The notes beneath the pieces were generated by a model. The model did no database searches. It was not told the origin of the DNA and worked only from the letters and a program-made list of their open reading frames with translations. A DNA stretch of 64,000 bases from Mantamonas sphyraenae STR306. Lineage: Eukaryota > Protista > CRuMs. Of the stretch, positions 61,001 through 64,000 are shown piece by piece (the stretch's first letter is position 1; the number at the start of each line of letters is the position of its first letter). Location: assembly GCA_026936335.1 (NCBI GenBank), contig JAPMXV010000030.1, positions 62,001 to 126,000 on the forward strand, in the 5' to 3' direction. The position numbers and the translations under genes are program-made.

Positions 61001-62440
61001 GCGCGACAGCATGAGGTGATCCGTCTGCAGCGCATGTGCTTTGTGCGCTGGCGCTTGTACATGGCAGGGCGTGAACGCAAGGCGGCGCTGCGGGTCAAGG
61101 CAGACAGGTTTGCCAAGCGTCAGCTGGTGATACGAGCGTGGAGTGGGTGGGCGCATGTGTGGAGTGGGCGGCTTCAGCTTGCACGGCTGGAGCAGGAACG
61201 TGTGGGCATGCTGATGGCTTCACTGTTCATGGGCAAGATGGAGCGTGCGTGGCATGGTTGGAGACGATGGCACAAGCGAGCACGTGAGGAAAAAGCGCGT
61301 GTGGCACGTGCGATGATGTGCAACGAGCGACGTCTGCTTGTGCGTGCCATGCGCGCGTGGACAGCGTTTCTTCGCGGAGTCCAGGTGGACAAGGCGCGCG
61401 TCGCGCAGGTGCAACTGTACACGCGGCACAACACACTGGGACGCGTGTTGCACGTGTGGTGCGCACGCTACGCAGACCGTGTCGTGATGGGTCACAAGAG
61501 CAGGTTGGCAGCGTGCCATTGGGCGTTTGTGCTGCGCCGCAAGGTGCTGCACGGGTGGATGCGTTACGCGGAGATGCGTCACGAGTACCACGAGCGAGAA
61601 CAGGCGGCGCTGCGCATGTACCAAGATCGTTTGGTGCACAAAGGAGTGTACCAATGGGTGGAGGTTGCGACAGAGCTGCGGAACCGCAGGCTGCAGGCTG
61701 TGGTCAGCGTGCAAACACAACGCACAGCTGCACTGTACCAGCGCGTGGCAAAGTATGCCTCCCACTGGCGGAACGAGACAAAGCGGCGCGTTCGCGAGCG
61801 TGGAGGTCCCAAACCGCGCGGCGGTGGTGGCGGTGGTGAGAATGCCCAGTCCATCCGTCGCTCGGCTGCCTGGCACACGAGCAGCAGCAGCAGCAGTGGC
61901 ATGGATGCTCATGGAGCCGGTGGTGCTGAGCACGAGCACCCGGCGAATGTGTACGTGCCGAAGCCACGCGCACGACGGCCGCCACGGCAGCCATTGCTGG
62001 TCTACCGAGATGGGCAGGTGATCATTCCGGCGCAGTATTATGACAAACACGGCCGGGTGCACCTGCCCAGCGAGCAGCAGGAGACCGAACAGGCAGAGGA
62101 GAGGGCAAGTAGCACGGCGGCGAGGACGAGCAACCGTGCGGCCATTGCGGATGCTGAGCGCAAGGAGGAAATCCGGGAGATCGGAGAGGCGCTGCGTGCG
62201 TTCAAGGCCTTGAAGGATCGTGAGAAGCGGGCCAAAGAGGAATGGCAGCGGTGGAGGCGGATGGCAGCGGAGGAGGAAGGCAGGGGACAGAACGCAGAGG
62301 AAGCTGATCAGATGCGACGCACGGTGTGGGACAAAGAATTGGAGTGGAAGACAGCACATCGGCTGGTGGAAGAGCGTGTGGGGAGAGTGAGGGAATTGCG
62401 TGCACGCGTGGAAGAGTTGCGTGAGCAGAGCGCCAAATGA
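58094..62440 (+). CDS. SFI1: SFI1 centrin-binding repeat protein
   Basis: 1448-aa intronless ORF with many ~33-aa helical repeats of the form A-x7-LL-x3-F/W-x2-W (for example ADAHARQVLVTRAWNLW, ADRFAKRQLVIRAWSGW) and a C-terminal RRPPRQP motif plus coiled coil. Confidence 0.88.
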   Translation: MLSAKDAYAERSDAHRSGTVMPALSGGGLAGEIATRSASRLAPRTPPRYVSFTRARVHDADEGELPGMLNEEDARAGVYSSLSGVTSVASSQSYGTTSSMRAAVGSPYSTSSRRVDFIERNRRLVSAMSKEVARKKQMDESRAAAERERQLLGVGAQTPSSGPTHTREAVSRIRIPSVVSDALKSAMDGAQSPYASPNRRTGPRTVRATETPERATYVAPRAGNPYDYELVRTEHGSRGSGHNMGWQNHEDQGDGWDSPEEEEVEVQVTSSGEMSASLRRSHEDMRAAGKLQQRAKRLYHMRLARIVADHWMYVARDRLAAVRARHQREHSTVRPAFEAWRDMTWDARKGYKSHVRSLDADRRRLLQKGVRRWFSYTEMRAWKRHMQEEADAHARQVLVTRAWNLWASLCNQPIVRRSMDPTLAALGVRPPTEAELEAQAEQVDREKRVQWAWKTWTEALQWKRKLREQVVGALVFDGRRLQTHAMRQWLWYHGQKQTKKELQAQADELRRWIVWHRTLAVWRNHVAWRVQEADNLVKSRLHQRKQLLSRYTAMWLQFVAEVKEERVQVKRALGHFLSQNRMRYFATWLAYTQHRLRKHVMNTQAYALFRERELQRRTAQWREAWQFQRWEIATNAEADAMSRRLTLVHSLQVWHGGWAQRRHARRLMTLAVDTADRSLLRHNMTKWHAYVRLRRWKATQVEVVGGFARRWLARRTVARWREALRTSQETRQRQQVEASHKHYQEQLLGRSMEQWRRFVQLSLRTKRQLTQALRHHDSVVVRSCMDALKRNVRMEKQRRHLEGKADAHLRHKLLYEYVWMWRERMQHQVKMGRMEENGRAFERYWLSLRVLHGWRERWEVVVEARQLEHMALFHRSFWLQKMCFDRWLEFMLAMEQERQRLRDAMSWWTGNALWKSMRQWQRYVLHRRGKRDLQVAASRQRKVALVLRHLSLWLNKLDAVRTQEGRMQLARQHEVIRLQRMCFVRWRLYMAGRERKAALRVKADRFAKRQLVIRAWSGWAHVWSGRLQLARLEQERVGMLMASLFMGKMERAWHGWRRWHKRAREEKARVARAMMCNERRLLVRAMRAWTAFLRGVQVDKARVAQVQLYTRHNTLGRVLHVWCARYADRVVMGHKSRLAACHWAFVLRRKVLHGWMRYAEMRHEYHEREQAALRMYQDRLVHKGVYQWVEVATELRNRRLQAVVSVQTQRTAALYQRVAKYASHWRNETKRRVRERGGPKPRGGGGGGENAQSIRRSAAWHTSSSSSSGMDAHGAGGAEHEHPANVYVPKPRARRPPRQPLLVYRDGQVIIPAQYYDKHGRVHLPSEQQETEQAEERASSTAARTSNRAAIADAERKEEIREIGEALRAFKALKDREKRAKEEWQRWRRMAAEEEGRGQNAEEADQMRRTVWDKELEWKTAHRLVEERVGRVRELRARVEELREQSAK

Positions 62441-62464
62441 AACAAGGCAACAACATTCTTGTCC

Positions 62465-64000
62465 ATGTCACGCGCAACCAAGCTGACCCATGTGCTGGGT
62501 AAGAATGTGACGAGTGCGGGAGTGCGTTCAGGAACGAACAATGTGAATGTGCTGCCGCTGCCGCTCGAAGGGAACGCGATCTCTGCGCTGTCGTACAGCG
62601 GAGGCAACAACAGCGCAAGCAGCAGCGCAAGCAGCGGCGCAAGCAACAGCACAGGAAGCAACAGTATGGGTGCTGGGAGCGGAGTCGAAGGCGTTGTCCA
62701 TCCATTGACGTGGAGTCATCTGAACAGCGGGGCGGACATTTCCTTCGGAGCTCAAGCGCTTGCGCTGGGCGGCGGGAACGCAGGGTCCAGCGGCAGTAGC
62801 AGTAGCAGCAGCAGCGGCAGTAGCAGCAGTGCAGGTGCAGGTCTTATGGGCAGCAGCGCCTCCACGGGCTATTTCCATGGGAGCAATGCAAGCGTGTTCA
62901 GCAGCTGGCACATGAACTCGATGGCCAGCAGCAGCAGCAGCAGCAACAGTTCGGACCAAGCGACGTCGCCGCTGCTTACTACCGTGGAGAGCAGCGTGAA
63001 AGAGGCAAAGACATCAGCTGGCGCAGGCGAACATGGAGCTGTGCAGAGGAAGGCGACGACGAGTGCAGGCGCGAGTAGCGGCGTAGCCAAGCCGGGCATC
63101 AGTGAGGCGGACAAACGCCTGCTTGCGCAATTTCAGCAAGTGCAGCTTCAGGCGCGCAGGAGAGCGGACGCAAACAGCCAGAGTGGGGCAAGTGAACGGC
63201 ACATAGACTCTGTGTCGGCATCTGCAGAGGCAAGCGACGCAGGACTGGCCAGTGGGTCCATGAGTGCTTCGGGTAAGTGTGAACAGAGAGCGAGCGAGCT
63301 GGGTTCTCGGGACTTCTGCGGAATTTCGGAGGGGCCGTTTCGGCGACGATGCGCACGACGCACTGACACGGCAGACACACACAGCAAGACCATACTATCC
63401 GGGAACACAGCGTCGTACAGGGCGTGTGGAGCGTGTGGTGCGTGGGGGTAGTCGCAGCGGTAGCCCCGCAGGCGAAAGAGCCTCCATGCTCTCTGGTGTG
63501 CACGACCCACACGTGCGAGGCATGCACACTCTGACCACGCGCGAGGCTGAGCGACCCGTGGCTGTGGTTGCCGCCCAACTGTTTTCCAATGTGAAAAAGT
63601 CTGCCGAGAAGAAAGGTGAGGGCAAGAAGAACAAAACCAACAAGAGCGGCCACAGCAGCAGGAAGGAGGCGGCAGAGAGCAACCGAGCCAAAGGGAGTCA
63701 GCAACAGCAACAACAAAAGCAGCAGCACCATCAGCAGCAGCAGCAACAACAACACCAGAAGCAGGGGCGGCAGGGAGGCGTGGCTGCAAGCGTGCGCATG
63801 GAAAACGAATCCATCACACGAGCGTACGAGAAGCGGCTGTCGAGCGGCAGGGCTTTGGGTGAGGTGGACGGAGACTCGACACTGTACAATGAGGCGATGG
63901 TTGCATACTGCAAGCTGCACGAGGTGAATCAGGGTATGGACATGCTGTTGAGTCTGCAGCAGGCACGCGGGAGCGGCCTGCGCCTGGAGGAGCAGACGTA
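62465..64000 (+). CDS. Probable mitochondrial pentatricopeptide-repeat protein (5' part, runs off the window); intron 63273-63384
   Basis: Basic N-terminus and Ser/Gly-rich linker. A phase-1 GTAAGT...CTGAC...CAG intron leads into a frame ending with the PPR-like STLYNEAMVAYCKLHEVNQGMDMLLSLQQ...GLRLEEQT. Confidence 0.6.

Noticed and set aside
62437-62502. Second ATGA overlap at the SFI1 stop
   Set aside because: That ATG opens only a ~21-codon frame; the long downstream frame starts at 62465.
1-64000. Non-standard genetic code or stop-codon readthrough
   Set aside because: TAA, TAG and TGA all terminate conserved genes at expected positions, and no in-frame stops were needed inside conserved domains.

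Overview
This is eukaryotic nuclear DNA from a very gene-dense, flagellated protist; the species cannot be identified from the sequence alone. About 24 protein-coding genes fill almost the whole window. They have few, short GT-AG introns and intergenic spacers mostly under 100 nt, including one ATGA stop/start overlap. Recognisable genes: an SP-RING SUMO ligase, BRAT1, V-ATPase subunit H, F1Fo inhibitor IF1, a HEAT/ARM protein, TTC13/SRFR1, a ~4070-aa LamG/Ig-repeat/9-TM surface receptor, Njmu-R1/C17orf75, ZNF598/Hel2, an HD-fold phosphohydrolase, CFAP69, a DUSP, an ankyrin protein, COX16, a CREST ceramidase-like protein, CWC27, a mitochondrial carrier, DRC7, a cytoplasmic dynein intermediate chain, an XK-related protein, outer-arm dynein LC4, SFI1 and the start of a PPR protein. 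No rRNA, tRNA, CRISPR array or mobile element was recognised. The most unusual items are: (1) a cytoplasmic dynein intermediate chain with an inserted calponin-homology domain; (2) a ~2090-aa protein built from roughly 20 or more divergent tandem ubiquitin-like domains; (3) near-operonic gene packing; (4) a C-rich to G-rich strand skew across the window that is largely independent of gene orientation at the two ends; (5) a highly structured intron. Several single-base frameshifts sit at homopolymers and are most likely assembly errors. All family calls come from motif recall, not database searches, and splice sites were inferred by eye and frame arithmetic.
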